Source of the DNA: Eledone cirrhosa
Lineage: Eukaryota
Assembly (NCBI GenBank): GCA_964016885.1
Contig: OZ024741.1
Coordinates: 391,840,001-391,904,000 of the forward strand
Length of the DNA stretch: 64,000 bases
Direction of reading: 5' to 3'
In this document: positions 1 to 13,911 of the stretch, one piece after another
How the letters are laid out: each line of letters opens with the position of its first letter
Numbering within the stretch: position 1 is the stretch's first letter
Notes under the pieces: generated by a model
The model's input: only the letters and a program-made list of their open reading frames with translations
The model's database searches: none
What the model was told of the DNA's origin: nothing
Translations under genes and position numbers: made by a program

Positions 1-3000
1 TTAGTCTAATGGTGTGATGCCATGCCCTAAAACATTTAGTCTAATGGTGTAATGCCATGCCCTAAAACATTTAGTCTAATGGTGTAATGCCATGCTCTAA
101 AACATTTAGTCTAATGGTGTGATGCCATGCCCTAAAACATTTAGTCTAATGGTGTGATGCCATGCCCTAAAACATTTAGTCTAATGGTGTGATGCCATGC
201 CCTAAAACATTTAGTCTAATGGTGTAATGCCATGCCCTAAAACATTTAGTCTAATGGTGTGATGCCATGCCCTAAAACATTTAGTCTAATGGTGTAATGC
301 CATGCCCTAAAACATTTAGTCTAATGGTGTAATGCCATGCTCTAAAACATTTAGTCTAATGGTGTGATGCCATGCCCTAAAACATTTAGTCTAATGGTGT
401 AATGCCATGCCCTAAAACATTTAGTCTAATGGTGTGATGCCATGCCCTAAAACATTTAGTCTAATGGTGTGATGCCATGCCCTAAAACATTTAGTCTAAT
501 GGTGTAATGCCATGCCCTAAAACATTTAGTCTAATGGTGTGATGCCATGCCCTAAAACATTTAGTCTAATGGTGTAATGCCATGCCCTAAAACATTTAGT
601 CTAATGGTGTAATGCCATGCTCTAAAACATTTAGTCTAATGGTGTGATGCCATGCCCTAAAACATTTAGTCTAATGGTGTGATGCCATGCCCTAAAACAT
701 TTAGTCTAATGGTGTGATGCCATGCCCTAAAACATTTAGTCTAATGGTGTAATGCCATGCCCTAAAACATTTAGTCTAATGGTGTGATGCCATGCCCTAA
801 AACATTTAGTCTAATGGTGTGATGCCATGCCCTAAAACATTTAGTCTAATGGTGTAATGCCATGCCCTAAAACATTTAGTCTAATGGTGTGATGCCATGC
901 CCTAAAACATTTAGTCTAATGGTGTGATGCCATGCCCTAAAACATTTAGTCTAATGGCGTGATGCCATGCCCTAAAACATTTAGTCTAATGGTGTGATGC
1001 CATGCCCTAAAACATTTAGTCTAATGGTGTAATGCCATGCCCTAAAACATTTAGTCTAATGGCGTGATGCCATGCCCTAAAACATTTAGTCTAATGGTGT
1101 AATGCCATGCCCTAAAACATTTAGTCTAATGGTGTGATGCCATGCCCTAAAACATTTAGTCTAATGGCGTGATGCCATGCCCTAAAACATTTAGTCTAAT
1201 GGTGTAATGCCATGCCCTAAAACATTTAGTCTAATGGTGTGATGCCATGCCCTAAAACATTTAGTCTAATGGTGTAATGCCATGCCCTAAAACATTTAGT
1301 CTAATGGTGTGATGCCATGCCCTAAAACATTTAGTCTAATGGCGTGATGCCATGCCCTAAAACATTTAGTCTAATGGTGTAATGCCATGCCCTAAAACAT
1401 TTAGTCTAATGGTGTAATGCCATGCCCTAAAACATTTAGTCTAATGGTGTAATGCCATGCCCTAAAACATTTAGTCTAATGGTGTGATGCCATGCCCTAA
1501 AACATTTAGTCTAATGGTGTGATGCCATGCCCTAAAACATTTAGTCTAATGGTGTAATGCCATGCCCTAAAACATTTAGTCTAATGGTGTAATGCCATGC
1601 CCTAAAACATTTAGTCTAATGGTGTAATGCCATGCCCTAAAACATTTAGTCTAATGGTGTGATGCCATGCCCTAAAACATTTAGTCTAATGGTGTGATGC
1701 CATGCCCTAAAACATTTAGTCTAATGGTGTAATGCCATGCCCTAAAACATTTAGTCTAATGGTGTAATGCCATGCCCTAAAACATTTAGTCTAATGGTGT
1801 AATGCCATGCCCTAAAACATTTAGTCTAATGGTGTGATGCCATGCCCTAAAACATTTAGTCTAATGGTGTGATGCCATGCCCTAAAACATTTAGTCTAAT
1901 GGTGTAATGCCATGCCCTAAAACATTTAGTCTAATGGTGTAATGCCATGCCCTAAAACATTTAGTCTAATGGCGTGATGCCATGCCCTAAAACATTTAGT
2001 CTAATGGTGTGATGCCATGCCCTAAAACATTTAGTCTAATGGTGTAATGCCATGCCCTAAAACATTTAGTCTAATGGCGTGATGCCATGCCCTAAAACAT
2101 TTAGTCTAATGGTGTAATGCCATGCCCTAAAACATTTAGTCTAATGGTGTAATGCCATGCCCTAAAACATTTAGTCTAATGGTGTGATGCCATGCCCTAA
2201 AACATTTAGTCTAATGGTGTAATGCCATGCCCTAAAACATTTAGTCTAATGGCGTGATGCCATGCCCTAAAACATTTAGTCTAATGGTGTAATGCCATGC
2301 CCTAAAACATTTAGTCTAATGGTGTAATGCCATGCCCTAAAACATTTAGTCTAATGGTGTGATGCCATGCCCTAAAACATTTAGTCTAATGGTGTAATGC
2401 CATGCCCTAAAACATTTAGTCTAATGGTGTAATGCCATGCCCTAAAACATTTAGTCTAATGGCGTGATGCCATGCCCTAAAACATTTAGTCTAATGGCGT
2501 GATGCCATGCCCTAAAACATTTAGTCTAATGGTGTAATGCCATGCCCTAAAACATTTAGTCTAATGGTGTGATGCCATGCCCTAAAACATTTAGTCTAAT
2601 GGTGTGATGCCATGCCCTAAAACATTTAGTCTAATGGTGTGATGCCATGCCCTAAAACATTTAGTCTAATGGTGTGATGCCATGCCCTAAAACATTTAGT
2701 CTAATGGTGTGATGCCATGCCCTAAAACATTTAGTCTAATGGTGTGATGCCATGCCCTAAAACATTTAGTCTAATGGTGTGATGCCATGCCCTAAAACAT
2801 TTAGTCTAATGGTGTGATGCCATGCCCTAAAACATTTAGTCTAATGGCGTGATGCCATGCCCTAAAACATTTAGTCTAATGGTGTGATGCCATGCCCTAA
2901 AACATTTAGTCTAATGGCGTGATGCCATGCCCTAAAACATTTAGTCTAATGGTGTGATGCCATGCCCTAAAACATTTAGTTTAATGGCGTGATGCCATGC

Positions 3001-6000
3001 CCTAAAACATTTAGTCTAATGGTGTGATGCCATGCTCTAAAACATTTAGTCTAATGGTGTGATGCCATGCTCTAAAACATTTAGTCTAATGGTGTGATGC
3101 CATGCTCTAAAACATTTAGTCTAATGGTGTGATGCCATGCCCTAAAACATTTAGTTTAATGGCGTGATGCCATGCCCTAAAACATTTAGTCTAATGGTGT
3201 GATGCCATGCCCTAAAACATTTAGTTTAATGGCGTGATGCCATGCCCTAAAACATTTAGTCTAATGGTGTGATGCCATGCCCTAAAACATTTAGTCTAAT
3301 GGTGTGATGCCATGCTCTAAAACATTTAGTCTAATGGTGTGATGCCATGCCCTAAAACATTTAGTCTAATGGTGTGATGCCATGCTCTAAAACATTTAGT
3401 CTAATGGTGTGATGCCATGCCCTAAAACATTTAGTCTAATGGTGTGATGCCATGCCCTAAAACATTTAGTTTAATGGCGTGATGCCATGCCCTAAAACAT
3501 TTAGTCTAATGGTGTGATGCCATGCTCTAAAACATTTAGTCTAATGGTGTGATGCCATGCTCTAAAACATTTAGTCTAATGGTGTGATGCCATGCTCTAA
3601 AACATTTAGTCTAATGGTGTGATGCCATGCCCTAAAACATTTAGTTTAATGGCGTGATGCCATGCCCTAAAACATTTAGTCTAATGGTGTGATGCCATGC
3701 CCTAAAACATTTAGTTTAATGGCGTGATGCCATGCCCTAAAACATTTAGTCTAATGGTGTGATGCCATGCCCTAAAACATTTAGTCTAATGGTGTGATGC
3801 CATGCTCTAAAACATTTAGTCTAATGGTGTGATGCCATGCCCTAAAACATTTAGTCTAATGGTGTGATGCCATGCTCTAAAACATTTAGTCTAATGGTGT
3901 GATGCCATGCCCTAAAACATTTAGTCTAATGGTGTGATGCCATGCCCTAAAACATTTAGTCTAATGGTGTGATGCCATGCCCTAAAACATTTAGTTTAAT
4001 GGCGTGATGCCATGCCCTAAAACATTTAGTCTAATGGTGTGATGCCATGCCCTAAAACATTTAGTCTAATGGCGTGATGCCATGCCCTAAAACATTTAGT
4101 CTAATGGCGTGATGCCATGCTCTAAAACATTTAGTCTAATGGTGTGATGCCATGCCCTAAAACATTTAGTTTAATGGCGTGATGCCATGCCCTAAAACAT
4201 TTAGTTTAATGGCGTGATGCCATGCCCTAAAACATTTAGTCTAATGGTGTGATGCCATGCCCTAAAACATTTAGTCTAATGGTGTGATGCCATGCCCTAA
4301 AACATTTAGTCTAATGGTGTGATGCCATGCTCTAAAACATTTAGTCTAATGGTGTGATGCCATGCCCTAAAACATTTAGTCTAATGGTGTGATGCCATGC
4401 CCTAAAACATTTAGTTTAATGGCGTGATGCCATGCCCTAAAACATTTAGTTTAATGGCGTGATGCCATGCCCTAAAACATTTAGTCTAATGGTGTGATGC
4501 CATGCCCTAAAACATTTAGTTTAATGGCGTGATGCCATGCCCTAAAACATTTAGTCTAATGGTGTGATGCCATGCCCTAAAACATTTAGTCTAATGGTGT
4601 GATGCCATGCCCTAAAACATTTAGTCTAATGGTGTGATGCCATGCCCTAAAACATTTAGTCTAATGGTGTGATGCCATGCTCTAAAACATTTAGTCTAAT
4701 GGTGTGATGCCATGCCCTAAAACATTTAGTCTAATGGTGTGATGCCATGCCCTAAAACATTTAGTTTAATGGCGTGATGCCATGCCCTAAAACATTTAGT
4801 CTAATGGTGTGATGCCATGCCCTAAAACATTTAGTTTAATGGCGTGATGCCATGCCCTAAAACATTTAGTCTAATGGTGTGATGCCATGCCCTAAAACAT
4901 TTAGTTTAATGGCGTGATGCCATGCCCTAAAACATTTAGTCTAATGGTGTGATGCCATGCCCTAAAACATTTAGTCTAATGGTGTGATGCCATGCCCTAA
5001 AACATTTAGTCTAATGGTGTGATGCCATGCCCTAAAACATTTAGTCTAATGGTGTGATGCCATGCCCTAAAACATTTAGTCTAATGGTGTGATGCCATGC
5101 CCTAAAACATTTAGTCTAATGGTGTGATGCCATGCCCTAAAACATTTAGTTTAATGGCGTGATGCCATGCTCTAAAACATTTAGTCTAATGGTGTGATGC
5201 CATGCCCTAAAACATTTAGTCTAATGGTGTGATGCCATGCCCTAAAACATTTAGTCTAATGGTGTGATGCCATGCCCTAAAACATTTAGTCTAATGGTGT
5301 GATGCCATGCCCTAAAACATTTAGTCTAATGGTGTGATGCCATGCCCTAAAACATTTAGTCTAATGGTGTGATGCCATGCCCTAAAACATTTAGTCTAAT
5401 GGTGTGATGCCATGCCCTAAAACATTTAGTCTAATGGTGTGATGCCATGCCCTAAAACATTTAGTCTAATGGTGTGATGCCATGCCCTAAAACATTTAGT
5501 CTAATGGTGTGATGCCATGCCCTAAAACATTTAGTCTAATGGTGTGATGCCATGCCCTAAAACATTTAGTCTAATGGTGTGATGCCATGCCCTAAAACAT
5601 TTAGTCTAATGGTGTGATGCCATGCCCTAAAACATTTAGTTTAATGGCGTGATGCCATGCTCTAAAACATTTAGTCTAATGGTGTGATGCCATGCCCTAA
5701 AACATTTAGTCTAATGGTGTGATGCCATGCCCTAAAACATTTAGTCTAATGGTGTGATGCCATGCCCTAAAACATTTAGTCTAATGGTGTGATGCCATGC
5801 CCTAAAACATTTAGTCTAATGGTGTGATGCCATGCCCTAAAACATTTAGTCTAATGGTGTGATGCCATGCCCTAAAACATTTAGTCTAATGGTGTGATGC
5901 CATGCCCTAAAACATTTAGTCTAATGGTGTGATGCCATGCCCTAAAACATTTAGTCTAATGGTGTGATGCCATGCCCTAAAACATTTAGTCTAATGGTGT

Positions 6001-9000
6001 GATGCCATGCCCTAAAACATTTAGTCTAATGGTGTGATGCCATGCCCTAAAACATTTAGTTTAATGGCGTGATGCCATGCTCTAAAACATTTAGTCTAAT
6101 GGTGTGATGCCATGCCCTAAAACATTTAGTCTAATGGTGTGATGCCATGCCCTAAAACATTTAGTCTAATGGTGTGATGCCATGCCCTAAAACATTTAGT
6201 CTAATGGTGTGATGCCATGCCCTAAAACATTTAGTCTAATGGTGTGATGCCATGCCCTAAAACATTTAGTCTAATGGTGTGATGCCATGCCCTAAAACAT
6301 TTAGTCTAATGGTGTGATGCCATGCCCTAAAACATTTAGTCTAATGGTGTGATGCCATGCCCTAAAACATTTAGTCTAATGGTGTGATGCCATGCTCTAA
6401 AACATTTAGTCTAATGGTGTGATGCCATGCCCTAAAACATTTAGTCTAATGGTGTGATGCCATGCTCTAAAACATTTAGTCTAATGGCGTGATGCCATGC
6501 CCTAAAACATTTAGTCTAATGGTGTAATGCCATGCCCTAAAACATTTAGTCTAATGGTGTGATGCCATGCCCTAAAACATTTAGTCTAATGGTGTAATGC
6601 CATGCCCTAAAACATTTAGTCTAATGGTGTGATGCCATGCCCTAAAACATTTAGTCTAATGGCGTGATGCCATGCCCTAAAACATTTAGTCTAATGGTGT
6701 GATGCCATGCCCTAAAACATTTAGTCTAATGGTGTGATGCCATGCCCTAAAACATTTAGTCTAATGGCGTGATGCCATGCCCTAAAACATTTAGTCTAAT
6801 GGTGTGATGCCATGCCCTAAAACATTTAGTCTAATGGTGTGATGCCATGCCCTAAAACATTTAGTCTAATGGTGTGATGCCATGCCCTAAAACATTTAGT
6901 CTAATGGTGTGATGCCATGCCCTAAAACATTTAGTCTAATGGTGTAATGCCATGCCCTAAAACATTTAGTCTAATGGTGTAATGCCATGCCCTAAAACAT
7001 TTAGTCTAATGGTGTGATGCCATGCCCTAAAACATTTAGTCTAATGGTGTAATGCCATGCCCTAAAACATTTAGTCTAATGGCGTGATGCCATGCCCTAA
7101 AACATTTAGTCTAATGGTGTGATGCCATGCCCTAAAACATTTAGTCTAATGGTGTGATGCCATGCCCTAAAACATTTAGTCTAATGGTGTAATGCCATGC
7201 CCTAAAACATTTAGTCTAATGGTGTGATGCCATGCCCTAAAACATTTAGTCTAATGGTGTGATGCCATGCTCTAAAACATTTAGTTTAATGGCGTGATGC
7301 CATGCCCTAAAACATTTAGTCTAATGGTGTGATGCCATGCCCTAAAACATTTAGTCTAATGGTGTGATGCCATGCCCTAAAACATTTAGTCTAATGGCGT
7401 GATGCCATGCCCTAAAACATTTAGTTTAATGGCGTGATGCCATGCCCTAAAACATTTAGTCTAATGGTGTAATGCCATGCCCTAAAACATTTAGTCTAAT
7501 GGTGTGATGCCATGCCCTAAAACATTTAGTCTAATGGTGTGATGCCATGCCCTAAAACATTTAGTCTAATGGTGTGATGCCATGCCCTAAAACATTTAGT
7601 CTAATGGTGTAATGCCATGCCCTAAAACATTTAGTCTAATGGTGTGATGCCATGCCCTAAAACATTTAGTTTAATGGCGTGATGCCATGCCCTAAAACAT
7701 TTAGTCTAATGGTGTGATGCCATGCCCTAAAACATTTAGTCTAATGGTGTAATGCCATGCCCTAAAACATTTAGTCTAATGGTGTGATGCCATGCCCTAA
7801 AACATTTAGTTTAATGGCGTGATGCCATGCCCTAAAACATTTAGTCTAATGGTGTGATGCCATGCCCTAAAACATTTAGTCTAATGGTGTGATGCCATGC
7901 CCTAAAACATTTAGTCTAATGGTGTAATGCCATGCCCTAAAACATTTAGTCTAATGGTGTAATGCCATGCCCTAAAACATTTAGTCTAATGGTGTGATGC
8001 CATGCCCTAAAACATTTAGTCTAATGGTGTAATGCCATGCCCTAAAACATTTAGTCTAATGGTGTAATGCCATGCCCTAAAACATTTAGTCTAATGGTGT
8101 GATGCCATGCCCTAAAACATTTAGTCTAATGGTGTGATGCCATGCCCTAAAACATTTAGTCTAATGGTGTAATGCCATGCCCTAAAACATTTAGTCTAAT
8201 GGTGTGATGCCATGCCCTAAAACATTTAGTCTAATGGTGTGATGCCATGCCCTAAAACATTTAGTCTAATGGCGTGATGCCATGCCCTAAAACATTTAGT
8301 CTAATGGTGTGATGCCATGCCCTAAAACATTTAGTCTAATGGTGTGATGCCATGCCCTAAAACATTTAGTCTAATGGCGTGATGCCATGCCCTAAAACAT
8401 TTAGTCTAATGGTGTGATGCCATGCCCTAAAACATTTAGTCTAATGGTGTGATGCCATGCCCTAAAACATTTAGTCTAATGGTGTGATGCCATGCCCTAA
8501 AACATTTAGTCTAATGGTGTGATGCCATGCCCTAAAACATTTAGTCTAATGGTGTAATGCCATGCCCTAAAACATTTAGTCTAATGGTGTGATGCCATGC
8601 CCTAAAACATTTAGTCTAATGGTGTGATGCCATGCCCTAAAACATTTAGTCTAATGGTGTGATGCCATGCCCTAAAACATTTAGTCTAATGGTGTGATGC
8701 CATGCCCTAAAACATTTAGTCTAATGGTGTAATGCCATGCCCTAAAACATTTAGTCTAATGGTGTGATGCCATGCCCTAAAACATTTAGTCTAATGGTGT
8801 GATGCCATGCTCTAAAACATTTAGTCTAATGGTGTGATGCCATGCCCTAAAACATTTAGTCTAATGGCGTGATGCCATGCCCTAAAACATTTAGTCTAAT
8901 GGTGTGATGCCATGCCCTAAAACATTTAGTCTAATGGTGTGATGCCATGCCCTAAAACATTTAGTTTAATGGTGTGATGCCATGCCCTAAAACATTTAGT

Positions 9001-9020
9001 CTAATGGTGTGATGCCATGC
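1..9020. repeat. 35-bp tandem minisatellite array (~258 copies in window, open at left edge)
   Basis: Unit TTAGTCTAATGGTGTGATGCCATGCCCTAAAACAT is repeated without indels to 9020. Only 4 variable positions were seen (unit pos 6 C/T, 13 T/C, 16 G/A, 26 C/T). There are no spacers. Confidence 0.99.
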
Positions 9021-9080
9021 ACCAGGAAGCTTGTATCAGAAAAAGCATATCCCATACAACACAACAATTATTGAAATAAA

Positions 9081-11888
9081 CATCATCATCATCACCGTTT
9101 TACATCCGTTCTTCCATGCTAGCATGGGTTAGACGGGTTGTCCTGTTGTGGGCAGTGTCTGGTCGGCTGACCATGCCTTGCTCATACAGGAACTGATTTG
9201 GCTTGATTTCTACAGCTGGAGGCCCTTCCTAACACCAACCTCATTTACAGTGAGTGCTGGGTGCTTTTTCCGTGGCGCCTACACGTCCACCTTACAGTGT
9301 GGGCTGGGTGCTTTTTTGCCGTGGCACCTACACGACCACCTTGCGGGGGGGGGGGGGGGGGGGGGGGGCATATTGTCTATATGCTTCAGCTTGTACCCAT
9401 GGGAGGTCGGGTACTCTGTATTACTGCGTGACGCCAGAGGTCACGGTCGTGTGTCATCGCCTTTGAGAGGTGTAATTGGGTAAGGTCGGCTTTTATCACC
9501 TCATCCCAAGTCTTCTTGGGTCTCCCCACTCCGCGGTTTCCATTGACTTCTAGTGCGCTGCACCTTTTTAAGCAACTGTCATCCTTCATACGCATCACAT
9601 GTCCATACCAACGCAACCGCCTATCCTGCACTCAGCATTTGATTCCTGTTATGCTCAGTCTCTCTCTCAATTCATTTATGCTTTGTCATTCGCGTATATT
9701 ACTATTACACATCCATCGGAGCATGCAGGCTTCATTTCTTTCTAATCTATGTAAGTCTTCCACCTTCAGCGCCCAGGTCTCACTACCATGTAACATTGCT
9801 GTTTGGATACACGCATCATACAGTCTGCCTTTCATTTTGAGGGAGAAGCTTTTTGCAGCTAGCAGTGGCAGTAGTTCCCTGAACATCTTCCATCCCGTTC
9901 TTACCCTAGTTATTGTACTTTCTGAACACTCATCTCCGCTGCTAATTCGGTCACCTAGGTAGCAGAAGCTGTCTACTGTTTCTACAGAGCCCTCCCAGAG
10001 ATTGGTGGTACTTGTTTCATGTGGCTGTTTGCTGCTTGCTGTCCCAGCACAGCTGCTGCATGTGAAGCCTACATTCTTAATTAAGCTTCCTGAGATCCCG
10101 CTACATCTCTTGTGTACCCATTGTTTGCATTTGGAGCAGAGAATGGAGTTCCTACCTACACCTTTCCTACATACTGAGCAAGGCCATTTCCCTGAGGGGA
10201 TCTGGGTTCTGTTTTCTCGTCTACTTACAAAGACCTTAGTCTTTGTCATGTTGACTTTGAGACCCATTCTTTCTAGTCCCTGCTTCCAAGTTTGGAATTT
10301 CTTCTCTAGTTCTACCATAGAATCAGCTATAAGTGCGAGGTCATCAGCATACAGGAGTTCCCATGGGCATCCGGTCTTAAACTCCTCCGTTATTGCCTGC
10401 AGGACTATGATGAACAGGAGAGGGCTAAGAACAGAGCCCTGGTGGACCCCAACCTGTACGCTAAATTCCTCGCTATACTCATTGCTAATCCTAACTTTGC
10501 TGACTGCTCCCCTATACATGGCTTGTACCACTTTCACAAGCCATTCATCTACTCCTAGTTTTCTAAGAGACCACCAGATTACAGCACGTGGAACTCTGTC
10601 AAAGGCTTTCTCAAGGTCGACAAATGCCAGGTAGAGTGGCTTACTTTTAGCTAGGTACTTTTCCTGTAACTGCCTCACAAGGAAGAGAGCATCAGTGGTG
10701 CCTCTTCCTGGTACAAACCCAAATTGCATCTCGTCTAGTTTCACCGGTCCCTAATCAACTGTGCTATAACTCTTTCTGTTACTTTCATGACCTGGTCCAT
10801 CAGCTTTATACCTCTATAGTTTCCTCTATCTAGTGCATCACCTTTACCTTTGTAGCAGTTGACAATGATGCTACTGCACCAATCTTTTGGTATGACACCT
10901 TCTAGTATTACCTGGTTAACAATACGTGTGGTTATAGTGTGACCTACAGACCCAGATGCCTTCAGCATCTCGGCAGCTATACCCGATGGACCGGTTGCCT
11001 TCCCCATCTTCATATCTTTGATTGCCTTACTTACTACGCTGCTGCTGACTTGTACTGCTGGGCCCCTTATAGGGTCTACTTGGGGTAGGGTCTCTTCTTC
11101 CCATGCATTCTCCTCATTTAGTAATCTATCATAATGACTCTTCCATGCATCTTTCTTCTCAGCACTTGTGAGGGCAAGCTCACCTTTATCATTCTGGATA
11201 TACTTCTCTCCAATGACATCACAACTCTCTCTGACACACTGCCTCGCAATCTTGAACACCTCCTATTTCTGGTCCTCACGTTGCAAAACATGCTTGAATT
11301 TTCTATCCTCTGCTTCCCTCCTAGCTAAGTATACTTGTCGCCTAGCTTCCCTCTTGGTCTCTATGTAGTGTACCCTGCTCCCCCCGTTCTACCATTCTTT
11401 CCATGCCTGTCTCTTGGCCTTAACTGCCTCATCTACCTTATTGTTCCACCACCAAGTCACTCTCCTCCTGCTTGAGGTCTTACTCCAGCCACAGACCTCA
11501 TCAGTCGCCTCTACTAAGTTATTTTGTAGGAACTCCCAGTTTTCTTCTACATTATATGTCTCTATCTGTTCTTCTTTACTGTCGTAGGCGTTGAGTAAAA
11601 TATCTTTAAATCTGTTACTGGTTGAGGGGACTTTCAGCTTCCAGATCTTTCTTCTCCAGGTTGGCCTCTGTTTCCGGGTTCGTCTAGTTCTGACCGTGAG
11701 GTCGCTGACAACTAAGCTATGTTGGGATGTACATTCCTCACTAGGGAAGGCTTTTGTGTTTACGACCGTCCATCTGTCACGTCCTCTGATGAGGATAAAA
11801 TCTAACTGACTAGAGTGCTCCCCTGATCTATAGGTGATCAGGTGGTTGTCGGGTTTTTTGAAGTTTGTGTTAGATATCGACATGTCAT
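9081..11888 (-). mobile_element. RTE-clade non-LTR retrotransposon, 5'-truncated, disrupted (copy A)
   Basis: ORF fragments give the APE C-terminus (ITYRSG..SQLDFIL..SQHSLV) and RT (NYRGIKL, QFGF, AFVDLEKAFDRV, GVHQGSVLSPLLF, YADDL). The C-terminus GRPKKTW and a (GAT)n tail are present. Stops occur at ~11389 and ~11263 and a frameshift at ~10742; the 5' end abuts (TA)n. Confidence 0.95.
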
Positions 11889-11905
11889 ATATATATATAT
11901 ATATA

Positions 11906-12065
11906 CGACAGGCTTCTACACATTTTCTGTTTAGTAAATATCACTCACAAGACATTGGTTAACTTGAGACTATAGTAGATAATACTAGATAATACTTGTT
12001 TAGGTGTCATGCAGTGGGACTGAACCTGAAACCATGTGGTTGGAAAGTGAACTCCATAACCAAAT
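11906..12065 (-). mobile_element. tRNA-derived SINE, degenerate
   Basis: The minus strand carries a B-box-like GGTTCAGTCCC and a body related to other SINE copies in the window. Confidence 0.55.
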
Positions 12066-12094
12066 AATCATGCCTGTCTGCTTGTGTGTTTTGT

Positions 12095-12800
12095 AAATCC
12101 GAGAGAGCGTTACTGTCTGGAACTTTCCTCCTGGTAGGGCCACCCTAGGTGGGCCGGTCTCTTGGGGAGGTTCTAGACCAATAGGGATCCACGTCATGTC
12201 AGCTTGCCACCAAGATGACTGACTATTCTACGAAGGGCCAACAACCTGCCCAGAAGAACTATCAACCTGTTAAGAAACAGACAAGAAGAAACCAGAGGTC
12301 ACTGTCAATGACTTTTACAACCAGCCTCAACAGGTCTTGGGACAAATCCCACCCCATGACATCATGATCATCCTGACACACACCATCTCTTTCCACCAAG
12401 CTTACCCCAACTGACCCTTTGCAGACTCAGCCCATTGGCACAACTGTCGCCAACCCATCCACTAATGACATCAGTGATCGCCTGCTGCTCCTCTGTCATT
12501 ACAATCTATGTATTGCTGACAGCTGGTTCCCCCACAAACTCATCCTTCACTGGACCTGGTACAGTCCGGACAGTACACCCACTACATCATCATCTCTTGG
12601 AGGTCATTTGGAGGTCATTTAAGGTCACTGGAGGTCATTTGTCCCCAACTGCCTCTACAGAGGAGCTCAGTTCAGCAATACTGATCATCAGTTGCAGGTT
12701 GTGACACTGAGACTGAAGTTGCAAGCAGACACTGATACCATGTACCTGCCCCACCCTGACTCATCTTGTCTCCGTGATCTCTACATTTCTGTGCTCTATC
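12095..12800 (+). mobile_element. highly decayed LINE endonuclease (APE) fragment
   Basis: Frame-broken remnants HDIMII, SWFPHK..HWTWYSPD and TDHQL resemble APE motifs. Confidence 0.5.
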
Positions 12801-13911
12801 GTCAGTACTTTTCAGTTACTTTTCTGGAACAACAACCAAAATCTAACAGAAATGAATATGTAAAATAATATTACAGGATTCACATGTGTTATTTTTAGTA
12901 GTATAAATCAAAATTTAATGAAAGGCTGATACACACACATATACACACGGAGCTATATAAGAAAATATGGCATATATATATACACACAAGAAAGATATGA
13001 AGAAGATAGTGGTAAGAAACTCTCAGGAGAGCTGGACAGTAGAAGGTCTTCAGAGGAGAAACCCCCCTTTCACAATTGATTTGGCCCTTAACTACTTACA
13101 ATCTACGGGGCCCATGCAGCATCCAGGTCAATTAAACCGTATGGAGATTTTTCATTGCCTCTGCTTTTAAACTTATATCTAGAAGCTTTCTTGAGTTTGG
13201 AAAAATAACATTGGTAGTCATGGTAACAGTGATATGTCATCGTTACCACCACCACCAACTACAAACGTGACTTACTCAGGGTTTCTTCCCTTAGTGTGTG
13301 TTAAAATACAAACACAATGCTGTCAAACTCTATAGAAGTCATTTTGTTCAGGGGCTAAATATTAAGTAGATATGACATATAGGCACATACACACATGGAA
13401 GAGATATAAAGAATGTATATCAAAATGTGCTGCAGCCAATAGAGGAGAGAGCATATTTTAATATTAATGTAGGCATGTGTTGTTGCTTTATGTTGATTGA
13501 ATGCGTGTTGCTCACTTATTTTAGTCGCATCTCCTTCCATGCAGGAGAGAGAGAAGGGACGTTTAGTACTGAAGCAAGCGTGTGTTTATTGCTTTAGTGT
13601 TGGCTAGATTGAACACATCACTCACTTTCTTCATCTTTGTTTCTTTCACTCTTTCTTCATGCATTGTTCAAATTCTCACCTCTTCATTCTCTCTCTTTTC
13701 CATCATATTCCATTGTAGCGAAGACGTAATTCATGATGACCAGAAATTGAGAAAGAGACAAACAAGCATATAAACAAATGAATATAGGTCCAAGTGTGAT
13801 AAAAACCTATTTTTGAGTCTAAAGAACTCACATGCCAAGTTTGAACATGATTGGTCCACTGGTTATTTTTGCATTGGAACCAAACTGACAAACAAGTTAT
13901 TTTATATATAT

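Noticed and set aside
1-9020. CRISPR array (35-bp repeats)
   Set aside because: The repeats are head-to-tail with no unique spacers, there are no cas genes, and the context is a eukaryotic intron.
1-9020. Repeat-encoded protein
   Set aside because: The 35-bp period cycles through all frames and the unit has stop codons on both strands; no ORF was reported.
9516-10634. Plus-strand ORFs of 148 and 210 aa (and their mirrors at 43058-44095)
   Set aside because: Antisense shadows of the RTE RT coding sequence, with no independent motifs.
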